This document shows, piece after piece, positions 53,190-64,000 of a stretch of 64,000 nt of DNA. The stretch covers positions 55,738,001 through 55,802,000 of the forward strand of contig OX597831.1 of the NCBI GenBank assembly GCA_951406725.2. The letters are read 5' to 3'. Position 1 is the first letter of the stretch; each line of letters starts with the position of its first letter. Source of the DNA: Octopus vulgaris. Its lineage: Eukaryota. The notes beneath the pieces are model-generated. The model ran no database searches. It was not told the origin of the DNA and saw only the letters and a list, made by a program, of their open reading frames with translations. The translations under genes were made by a program, and so were the position numbers.

Positions 53190-53942
53190 TATGGAGAGAG
53201 AGTTTAATGAAAACATTTACAAATTTTCACTATTGTTTTTAAATTACGTTTGAAAGTAAAGGAAGTGGGGATTGTAATTTCCAAAAAGATCTTTTTGAAC
53301 CTTCAAGGCTTCTCCCATCGTTTTAAGTACGTAATGCAAAAGAAAAAAAAAAGGGGGCCAAAATCGGTGTTGAGTGGGGCAAAGGGGTTTGAAAAGTTCA
53401 TATATTTTCAAAATTTTCCATAAAAAGCTTTCCCATAATTTGAAAAAGTGCTGTGAAAGAAAAAAAAAACTGAAAAAAACCCCCGTCGAAACGGAGAAAA
53501 TCCAACCTACGTGTGTGTACTATTCCAAAAGTCCATAAAAAGCTTCCTCCCTTATAAGGGAGGGGGCAGGGTTAATGAAAACAATTCGCTATTGCTTTTA
53601 AATTAAGCTTCATTTTCCGCTTGAAAATAAAGGAAGTGGCCATTGTAATTTCCAAGATTCTTTTTAATTTTTTGACCTTCCGGGTTTCTCCCATCATTTT
53701 AAGTGTTGCAGTACAAAAAAAAAAAAAATGATAATAATATTGGCTAAAATCGGTACTGAGTGGGGGAGAAGAATTTTTTAAAATTCATATATTTTCAAAA
53801 ATTTTTTTCATAAAAAGTCCCCACATCTCATTTGCAAGGATGTGGTGAAAAAAAAAATGAAAAAATGAAAAATCCCCGTGCAAACGGAAAAAATCCAAAT
53901 CAAGTGGGTGTGTTATTTCGAAAGTCCGCCAGGGTATTCTAG
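53190..53942. repeat. ~380-bp diverged tandem duplication
   Basis: taatgaaaaca..ctattg..aaaggaagtgg..ttgtaatttcca..ttctcccatc..aaaatcggt..gagtgggg..ccccgt..aaacgga..aaatccaa occurs twice (~53195 and ~53573). Confidence 0.75.
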
Positions 53943-53947
53943 AGAAT

Positions 53948-55597
53948 CTCTTTTACTTGTTTCAGTCATTTGACTGCGGCCATGCTGAAGCACTGGCTTT
54001 AGTCGAGCAAATGGAGCCCAGGACTTATTCTTTGTAAGCCTAATACTTATTCTATCGGTATATTTTGCCGAACCGCCAAGTTACGGGGACGTAAACACAC
54101 CAGCATCGGTTGTCAAACGATGTTGGGGGGACAAACACAGACACACACATACATACAAATATATATATACGACGGGCTTCTTTCAGTTTCCGTCTACCAA
54201 ATCCACTCACAAAGCTTTGGTCGACCTGAGGCTATAGTAGAAGACACTTGCCCAAGGTGCCCCGCAGTGGGAATGAACACGGAACCATGTGGTTGGTAAG
54301 CAAGCTACTTACCACGTGTGTGTGTGTGTGCATGTATGTATGTTTTTTTCTGTTCTTTTACTCGTTATCTTACTGCGGCCATGCTGGAGCACCACCTTGA
54401 AGGGATTTTAGTCAAAGAAATCCACCCCAGGACTTACTTCTAAAACCTAGCACTTATTCTATCGGCCTCATTTTGCCGAACCGCTAAGTTACGAGGACGT
54501 AAATACACCAACACCGGTTACCAAGCTGTGATGTGGGACAAACACACACACACAGACGTATATATACATATATACGACAGACTTCTTTCAGTTTCCATCT
54601 ACCAAATTCACTTACAAGGTCGACCCGAGGCTATAGGAGAAGATGCCAGCTCAAGGTGTCACGCAGTGGGACAGAACCTGAAACTGTGTGGTTGGGAAGC
54701 AAGCTTCTTACCACACAGCAACGCCACGCGCGTGTACATACACATACATATACACTCGTCCTCTAGACAAGAGAACAGTCTTTTTCCTTAAGGCAAAGAA
54801 TTTTGAGAATTCTTGAGGTTATCACTTCTTGTTCCGGGGTTGGTCCCAAATGTCACCCTCCCTGGAAATGAAGATAATTTCAATAAACCCAGAATCTACT
54901 TTGTATGGTATCTTCTAATATATATTTTCATCGATATATTCATATTATGACTCAGAGTGGCTTATCAACCACACGGTTCTGGGTTCAGTCCCACTGCGTG
55001 GTACCTTGGGCAAGTGTCTTCTACTATAGCCTCGGGCCGACCAAAGCCTTGTGAGTGGATTTGATAGACGGAAACTGAAAGAAACCCGTCGTATATATAT
55101 ATATATATGCGTGTGTGTGTGTGTGTATGTTTGTGCGTCTGTGTTTGTCCCCCAACATCGCTTGATAACCGATGCTGGTGTGTTTACGTCCCCGTAACTT
55201 AGCGGTTCGGCAAAAGATACCGATATAATAAGTACTAGGCTTACAAAGAATAAGTGCTGGTGTCAATTTGCTCGACTAAAGGCGGTGCTCCAGCATGGCC
55301 GCACTCAAATGACTGAAACAAGTAAAAGAGTATATAAATGGGTATATATATATATATATAATATTACATTATATAATTAGGGCTTAATAAAATAAATTAC
55401 TTTGCCACATACTGAACTTAGTAGAAATAGCCAAAAAAAATTTTCTTAGCATTTCTACTACTTAAAGAAAATTTCTCTCAGATAATGTTTACTCCAGACA
55501 GCTCACGAAGGTTTGGGGGTAAATACAGAAAAATATCACAAGTACATAGAACACTTGGTGAAATTGATTAATTAATTAATTTTACCCTCAATTGTTG

Positions 55598-55631
<34 letters not shown>

Positions 55632-56230
55632 CATACAGATAGATAGATAAATAGATAGATCTATTTAAATAAATAAGTATATCTTGTATCTTTTACGTGT
55701 ATCAGACTGCCACCATTGTTTGGCACCGTCTCTTTCACCGAACCGATAAGATTCGTGCACATGAACAAACCAACATCGGATGCCAAGTGGTAGAAGGAAC
55801 AAACACAAACAGTGTGTGTGTGTGCGCGCGCGCCTGTTTGCATGACAGGCTTCCACATTGCTTCCGTCTACCAGATTCATTCACAAGGCATTAGTTGGTC
55901 CGGGGTTACAGTAAAAGACATTTGCCCAAGATACCGCATTGAACCCGAAACGATATGCTTACAAAGCGAGCTTCTTAACCACATAGCCATGCCGGCGCCT
56001 ATACCTATACATATAAATAATTTAGAAGTCTGTAGGAAAGCACGGCTGTTAACCAAATGTAAATAGGCGCAGGAGTGGCTGTGTGGTAAGTAGCTTGCTA
56101 ACCAACCACATGGTTCTGGGTTCAGTCCCACTGCGTGGCATCTTGGGCAAGTGTCTTCTGCTATAGCCCCGGGCCGACCAATGCCTTGTGAGTGGATTTG
56201 GTAGACGGAAACTGAAAGAAGCATGTCGTA

Positions 56231-56301
<71 letters not shown>

Positions 56302-56495
56302 TTGTGTGTCTGTGTTTGTTCCCCTAGCATTGCTTGACAACCGATGCTGGTATGTTTACGTCCCCGTCACCTAGCGGTTCGGCAAAAATAGACCGATAGA
56401 ATAAGTCCCGGGGTCGAGTTACTCGACTAAAGGCGGTGCTCCAGCATGGCCGCAGTCAAATGACTGAAACAAGTAAAAGAGTAAAGAGTAAGAGT
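53948..56495. mobile_element. Cluster of family B SINEs in alternating orientation (- 53948-54315, - 54354-54725, + 54955-55330, - 55730-56000, + 56066-56495)
   Basis: Each copy matches the family B head, core or tail. Confidence 0.88.
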
Positions 56496-57132
56496 ATACG
56501 CGTTGAGGCGGAAACACTTGTCCACGACTATTTTCTTATCTACAAACAATAAACTGGTCCTTTTGCCTAGTGGTATGTCAACTCAGAGGGATCCTTGAAA
56601 TAATCTTAAATTTTTCGTATAGAACTGATTTCAATTGCCGTTTGGTAATTATGACGCATTCTCTTGAGGCGGGGATAAAGTGTATAGTAAACTTGTGTCA
56701 TAGAGAGTGGAAAACCCAACGTTTCCGAACGACTTCCTCAGGGAAAAGTTAAAGGGAAAAATTATAGAGAAACTCTCGCTAATTTCACTCTTATCAACTT
56801 TTCCCCCGAATAAGTACTCTCTGCTCGAAATGTTGGATTTCCGCTCGCCACTTCTTCACTATACTTGCTCTTATGTATGTATGTGTGTGTTTACCCTTTC
56901 ACTGCTGGATAGCCGGTTGATTTGTTTACATCCTGTAACTTAGCGGTTCAGCAAAGCTGACCGATAGAATAGGTACCAGAATGAAAAAAAATAAGTACTG
57001 ATATCAATTTGTCCGACTAAACCTTTCAATACTGTGCCCCAGCATTGCCGCAGTCCAGTGGCTGAAACAATTAAGGATGTGTGTGTGTGTGTGTAAATAT
57101 ATACATATACATATAAACATAAACACACACAG

Positions 57133-57190
<58 letters not shown>

Positions 57191-57223
57191 TGCGGTATAT
57201 ATAAACTCCACTTTGTACCTTAC

Positions 57224-57265
<42 letters not shown>

Positions 57266-57272
57266 GAATACA

Positions 57273-57306
<34 letters not shown>

Positions 57307-58058
57307 CATAGCGAGAAAGAAATTGAAAGCTGTACGTATAATATGTATAAAATTTTATTATTAGTTTCTCATAAGTAAACATACACATGATTGTCTATAA
57401 ATATATATTTTACTTAGCTTCTTCAACACACACACACACAACATACATGTAACTGCTTTCATGTGCGTGCGTGCGGGCAATTTGTTTTCTTTCTTTAAAC
57501 ACACTGTTGGCAGTATTTAGAATCTGCTGATGTTTTGTTGGGATAGGCGAGTGTCAAGGGCATAGAAAACGTACGTACATCTTATCTTCGGAACTCTTGT
57601 ACCAGCATCTTGTCCAGCTATGCTAACCATATTCAACAAGTATGTGCACACACACGCACACATATATGCCCCCATCACCACCACCACCAACAACAACAAC
57701 AACACCCAAAAACCGCCACTACATCCAGCACCTATTAACTCTTCAGCCACTCTGTTATCTCACTTCCACTTTTAATTCCTATCTTCACAGTGACTATCTC
57801 CAACGTCACACAACCCTCTTCCACCACCACCACCACCACCACCATCGACTAATAAACCGACCATCATCACTGCTTCCACCACCGCCACTTTCAACACCAC
57901 TACCATCTCCGCCTGTGCTTCTGTAAACTATATTAGCCAGATACTTTCACAGACTTATTTGCTTTCGCTCATTCATTCAATATACACTTTTTCTGTTTTT
58001 AAAAAAAAAAGAAAGAAAGAAAAGAAAATTTACGTATCTATCATTCACGTACCTCTTC

Positions 58059-58122
<64 letters not shown>

Positions 58123-59859
58123 GTCTGTCTGTCTGTCTATCACTCTCTTTCTCTGTCTGTCTTCCCTGTTTACTTATAATTATACTTACTCCAAAACTGC
58201 TATCCCATGACAATTATCACCACTAGTAACACTACAAATACTCAAGATGTCTCTTCAAAGTTTTAAACAACTTTTGACCTGGTAAAAAAAACAAAAACAA
58301 GCAAAAAAAAAGAAGAAAAACTCACCCACACTCACAGTCATCGCCAACACTTTTCGCATCATTCAAAAAGACAAAAACAAACTACTAAAAGTCATATGTG
58401 ATAACAAGGTTGGAGTTTACAGTTACGATTAACAACAGCAGTAGAAATCGTCGTTACCATCATTATTATCAAATATTTAAATGATAACAATAACAACAAC
58501 ACCGTGAATCGTGCCAAGTGTTTCGGTCGATTGCGTATAACAGGACTACTAAGAGCTAACCACAACAGTTACAGCTACAATATCAATAAGAACAACAACA
58601 AGTACTACATCGAATCAACTAGGGAGCAGCTACGTAGTTGTTCGCCCGATCTGCTAGAAATAGCAGACACATTTTCTGTAAATTTTCTCAGTTTGGGATG
58701 ACCTGAGTCTAAAAAGAAAACCCGAGAAACAGGCCATCCATCACCACATCTACCAACAAGAAATCAGCGTCATTTGGACTTAGAGACAGCAAAAGTAGCA
58801 TAAAGTATTGTTTTTTTTTCGATGCTATACTCATTCCATCACTTTTAAGCAAGAACGTCAGTAGCAACAACGCTGATTAATTAAAAAAAATAATCAGAGA
58901 TGTTTTTCCTTTCTCTGGCAGGAATATAATCGATAATCGATAATTACATCGATGATCTGAATTCCCACTTCTCTTAAGTTAAAATATTTGATTAGTATTT
59001 ATTTTATCAATAAACCCGTTCCTCTCTGGACGATTAAATTGATGAACAAAGAACATAAACAGGAACGTAACTATACACCCCAAAAGAATATTTGAACCAG
59101 CATTCACCCGATTCTACCAAACCATCACCCTTATCACCACGAAATAACAGAATCGATAATCAATGTTTTAAATATTTATTTCCAAGACAAGTAAACCGAA
59201 AATTTTAGGGAAACGGTATTTGACTGGTAACCTTATCATTCTCATACAAAAATGGAAAGCTAAAAAAAAAGAGAGAAGTTTAATACGGTGGGATTTTGAA
59301 CGTTGAACTTATAAAGGGGTAAACTACGACTGTACGGTGATTTTGTCCATCCCTGGAAGAACAATGCAGCACGCTTGACAGAGCAAAAGGCTTGAAATTA
59401 AAGAATTTGGTGTACAACAAACTTCGGAGGAATGAAAGACAAAGTCGATCACAACGGGATTTAAACTCAAAAACATAAAGGTACGCTATTAAATATTATA
59501 AGGCCTCAAATTTGGGAGGAAAGGCATAGACAGTTACATCAACCTCAAAACTTCGATAAGGTAAAGTTAAACTCGGCTGGATTTGAACTGAGAACGGAGA
59601 GAGGACTGTAAATTAACTAGGTACCGCAGGGCCTTTTGTCCATCACTGTTACTCTGACTTTGCTGTTAATCTTAATCATAAAATATTAGCAACTACTGAA
59701 ACAAAATTAACAATAACAAAAGGAAAAAAAAGTAAGAAGAAATAAATAAAGAAGCTATAAAAAAAAATCACCGTTATCAACAAATATTTCCAACTGGCTT
59801 CATCACTGCCACCAGCGCCACCTATCGGTTCTTCACGACTGCTGTGGTCATCTCATGGG

Positions 59860-59968
59860 ATGCAGAAAAAAAGCGTTACCACCATGGAGGAGATACTGCA
59901 ACCGCACAGCCACAGCAGTAAGGAAGTTAACTTAATTGTGCTGGGGTCTCCAGGTGTCGGCAAATCAG
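59860..59968 (+). CDS. First coding exon of a Ras-family small GTPase (RERG/RASL11/RASL12-like); remainder probably beyond the window
   Basis: (MQKKSVTT)MEEILQPHSHSSKEVNLIVLGSPGVGKS is beta1 plus the G1 P-loop GxxxxGKS, followed by the phase-1 donor G|gtgagt at 59968. The start may instead be the ATG at 59884 (accATGg). Confidence 0.8.
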
Positions 59969-60397
59969 GTGAGTAAAATCTTTATCTCCTCTTCTTACCT
60001 CCGCATCTCTTCCTGTGCCTGCTACTACTTGCCATCGATATGAGGCAACTAAAGGGACCTCAATGTAGTCATTTGATCTGCTAGAAATAACAGCTAAATC
60101 TCCCTCGATTCACACACACACCTCCATCCCTAATTACTATTAGAAAAGGGATGCTGGATAATACTGAGGAAGGGTTCCCTGCAATTGGAAAAAGACGGGA
60201 TGGCCGCATCAGGATTGGCTTAGAACTCATACGACTGCTTTGAATCAGAGCTAACATTGGGCTTAATAACAACTGCTGCTGCAACAACCACCACCATCAC
60301 CACCACCATCACCACCACAACAACAACAACAACCTCCTCTACAATAGCCACCACTACCTACACCACCTCCATCACCGCCACCACCACTACCACCACC

Positions 60398-60431
<34 letters not shown>

Positions 60432-61008
60432 TCAACATGTTTACTTGACACTTTTAGACCAGTTATGGATAACTTGTGGCTGGTAGGACATCCTGAATGG
60501 CACACCCAATGAAAAATTAACCTTCAATTTTGTGGGCCTGAATAATGAGCCATGTCTAATGCAATCACTTCTTGGAAAAGGTTGCCCCCTGTTCTAAACT
60601 TTACCTTATCTTGCTAAACGAGCTCAATGAGGGTCCCCACCTTGTTCTATGTGCTTGCTTGGCTGCATCACTAGAAATAGCAACCAAATCTCACTCAGAA
60701 ATTACCTCTCACTGCATTAGTTTATGCTGTGTATATTGTATCTTAATAGAAAGAAGCGGGGGGAGGAAAAAGTGGAGGGTAATGATTTGGAATATCTTTC
60801 ATTATACACGAAGGCAGTGCCCCAGCATGGCCACAGTCAAGTGAATGAAAACATGCACATATAAAACAAATGCATAAAAAGAAAAATCAGAACTTACCAA
60901 CAACCTTACATGCTCCATGTAGTAGTAGTAGTAGTAGTAGTAGTAGTTCATTACACCATTTGTACACAACTACTACTATTACTACTACTACTGTTGCTGC
61001 TACTGCTG

Positions 61009-61040
<32 letters not shown>

Positions 61041-62554
61041 GCTACTCAGTCCTGACCTCACTGCCCTCCCTCACACCCAGACTTACATCTGGAACTGACT
61101 CTGTGTCAGAATTCCACACACACACATCAACCACCTAACAACACAGATAAGGGAGTATCTACATGGTCACTAGGGCTGCTAGAAATAGGCCCCAAGCATC
61201 CCTTAAATCACACCTTTCTATCTCAGAAAAAGGCACATTGGATTGTGGTCCTGGGTTTCCTGCATAAGAAAAGGATAGGGTGGTCACTGCTGGACTACCT
61301 TTGACCATAGGTTCACTCAATAAGAGTTGATCTGAAGAGAAATAACAACAACAACTGAGAAGGAGGAGACCCCCTTCGGTAATGAATGACCATGGGATTG
61401 CACCTAGAAAGTTACCCCTGAGGTACAAGTCCAGGCAAGGTTGTTTGTGGAAGGCTAGCAGTCACTCATGCATACCAGCCTCCCCTCTCCACACCACTGA
61501 TGTTATCCAAGGGAAAAGGCAAAGACCGATATAGCTTGGCACCATTGATGTTGCAACTCATTTCTACAGCTGAGTTAACTGGAGCAACATGAAATAAAGT
61601 GTCTTGCTCAAGAACACAACACACAGCCTGGTCCAGGAATCGAACTCACAACCTCACAATCTAAGCTCGATATTCTAACCACTGAGCCATGTGTCTTCAC
61701 AACAACAACTATAACAGCTAAAATAACACTACCATCACTAACTTAGCAGTCTGGCAAAAGAGACTGACAGTATAAATACCAGGTTCATAAAATAAGTACT
61801 GGGAGTGATTTGCTCAAATAAACCCTTCAAGCTGGTGCCACAGCTGTAGTCCAACAACTGCAACAAATAATAGATAATAAATATAAACCAATATGAGAGG
61901 TTCTCTCTTAGCAGTAACTGCAGTATAGTTCGTTCTAACAGAATATCCACATTTAAGTGGGGATAAATATTACCTCTCGGTTTAAATACTGCCTCTGCTG
62001 CTAATAAATATTTTTTAAAAAGATCACTGGCTAATTGTGACACCAGCACCTGTTCTAGTATGAGAGTTATGAGAGTTTCTCTCAAGGCAACTTACCACAG
62101 TATAGTTTGTTCCAACAGAACATCTATGTTTAAGAGGGGATACATAATCAATACAGTCCAGTGAGAGAGAGAAAGAAGAGATGTAAAATAAATTTTGTCC
62201 TTAGTACTGGCACTTTATTGACCTCTGGGCTTGAACTCAGGGCACAAAGAACTACACCAAATGTTGTTAGAAGTTCTGTTCTATCTGATGCTCTGATGAG
62301 TGTCAGTTCACCACCACCATTTGATTTAGCAGATATAGATAAAGGATTAGACTGGGGTGATGGGGGAGCAATGGGATTGACTCATGGAAAAGTGGGCATT
62401 AAAGCAAATCGATAATGATGATGATGAAGATGGCAATGATGACAATGATGATAATGACGACAACAATGATGGCGATAATGATGATGACAACAATGATGAC
62501 GATGATGGTGATGGTGATGATGATAATGATGATGATGACGATGATGATGATGAT

Positions 62555-62922
62555 AGCTTGCTTACCAACCACATGGTTCCGGGTTCAGTCCCACTGCGTG
62601 GCACCTTGGGCAAGTGTCTTCTACTATAGCCTCGGGCTGACCAAAGCCTTGTGAGTGGATTTGGTAGACGGAAACTGAAAGAAGCCCGTCGTATATATGT
62701 ATATATATATATGTGTGTGTGTGTTTGTCCCCCTAGCATTGCTTGACAACCAATGCTGGTGTGTTTATGTCCCCGTTACTTAGGGGTTCGGCAAAAGAGA
62801 CCGATAGAATAAGTACTGGGCTTACAAAAAGAATAAGTCCCGGGGTCGATTTGCTCGATTAATGGCGGTGCTCCAGCATGGCCGCAGTCAAATGACTGAA
62901 ACAAGTAAAAAAATAAAAGAGT
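62555..62922 (+). mobile_element. Family B SINE following a (GAT)n array (62413-62554)
   Basis: Matches family B from agcttgcttaccaaccacatgg to the tail. Confidence 0.9.
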
Positions 62923-63752
62923 ATAGCAAAGATAATGATGATGATTCTACTATATACACAAGCAATGTTCTCTCTAACTTTTTTTTTTTTGTGTGTGTCT
63001 TCAAATTTTGTCTTGCTTTGCAAAATATGTTTACATCCAAAGACAAAAAAAAAAAGTTATATCATCTTGAAAAACCTGTGTGCACATATTTCTTTTTTCT
63101 TTTGTTTACTAGTTGTGAAACATGTGCATATGTACTGTTTGTAGGGAACATTGGGCACAAGGCCAGAAATCTGGGAGTAGTGGGTGCTAGACAATTAGAT
63201 TGACTCTACTTCTACTACTACTACAGTTATTTCAACATCATCATTCCTATATGTACCCCAACGACTAACAAAGCTTTAGCTGACCCACCTCAGTTTTTGA
63301 ATTACCAATTAAAAACTAAAACTACTGCAGTTATTTCTTCTTCTACTACTACTACTACTACTACTACAGTTACTACTGTAAATATTATCCCAACTACTAC
63401 TACTACTTCTGCTGCTGTTTCATTAAGGGTGGGAGGGCCCCAGGGCCCCTTTGTGAAAGTAACCCTTATTAACTGCAAGAATATTTATTACATAATTATA
63501 GGTCAGACCTGGTAGTGTAGACCTTTTAGCAGAAGCATTCAATATTTAATATGTCAACAACACTTTAAAAAAATTTTTTTTTTTTTTATCAAACACTAAG
63601 GTACCATTTGAGGGAGATTTGGCTACTACATCTTGTAAGTCATGAGTTCACATAAAGGCTCCATCATTCAGTTGATATACAAAAAAGTTCTATGTCAATA
63701 TACACTCCATATAATGCCAATATACACCTCTTTTAATATTAATATTATCAAT

Positions 63753-64000
63753 AGGCATAGGAGTGGCTGTGTAGTAAGTAGCTTGCTTACCAGCCACATG
63801 GTTCCGGGTTCATTTCCACTGCATGGCGCCTTGGGCAAATGTCTTCTACTATAGCCTCAGGCCAACCAAAGCCTTGTGAGTGGATTTGGTAGACGGAAAC
63901 TGAAAGAAGCCTGTTGTATATATGTATATATATATACATATGTGTGTGTGTCTGTGTTTGTCCTCCCCAACATCGCTTGACAACCGATGATGCTGGTGTG
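63753..64000 (+). mobile_element. Family B SINE running off the window end
   Basis: Head ggcataggagtggctgtgtagtaag and core. Confidence 0.88.

Overview
Eukaryotic, AT-rich DNA dense in microsatellites and SINEs; the repeat content is typical of an octopus (coleoid cephalopod) genome, which is my inference. One complete spliced gene lies on the + strand: join(2888-3059, 8033-9730, 11656-11744, 15205-15364, 16168-16373, 17365-18540), 3501 nt, 1166 aa, with all introns GT-AG and phase-compatible. It encodes an unusual fusion of up to three tandem GPR1/FUN34/YaaH (SatP/Ady2 acetate-channel-like) membrane repeats, a YrdC/Sua5 (TsaC-fold) domain that has lost the Arg of the KxR motif, and a ~350-aa low-complexity tail ending in RTEL. 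An ~800-bp foldback element follows the stop codon. A second gene starts near the window end with an exon encoding a Ras-family (RERG/RASL11/RASL12-like) P-loop (59860-59968). The rest is mobile DNA: mariner/Tc1, pogo-like and hAT MITEs, Helitrons, RTE, CR1-like and R4/Dong LINE relics, four tRNA-derived SINE families, and several hairpins near (TA)n tracts that carry minimal hammerhead-ribozyme motifs of the Penelope-like type. Most ORFs in the supplied track are microsatellite artefacts. All calls are from manual reading; no database searches were run.
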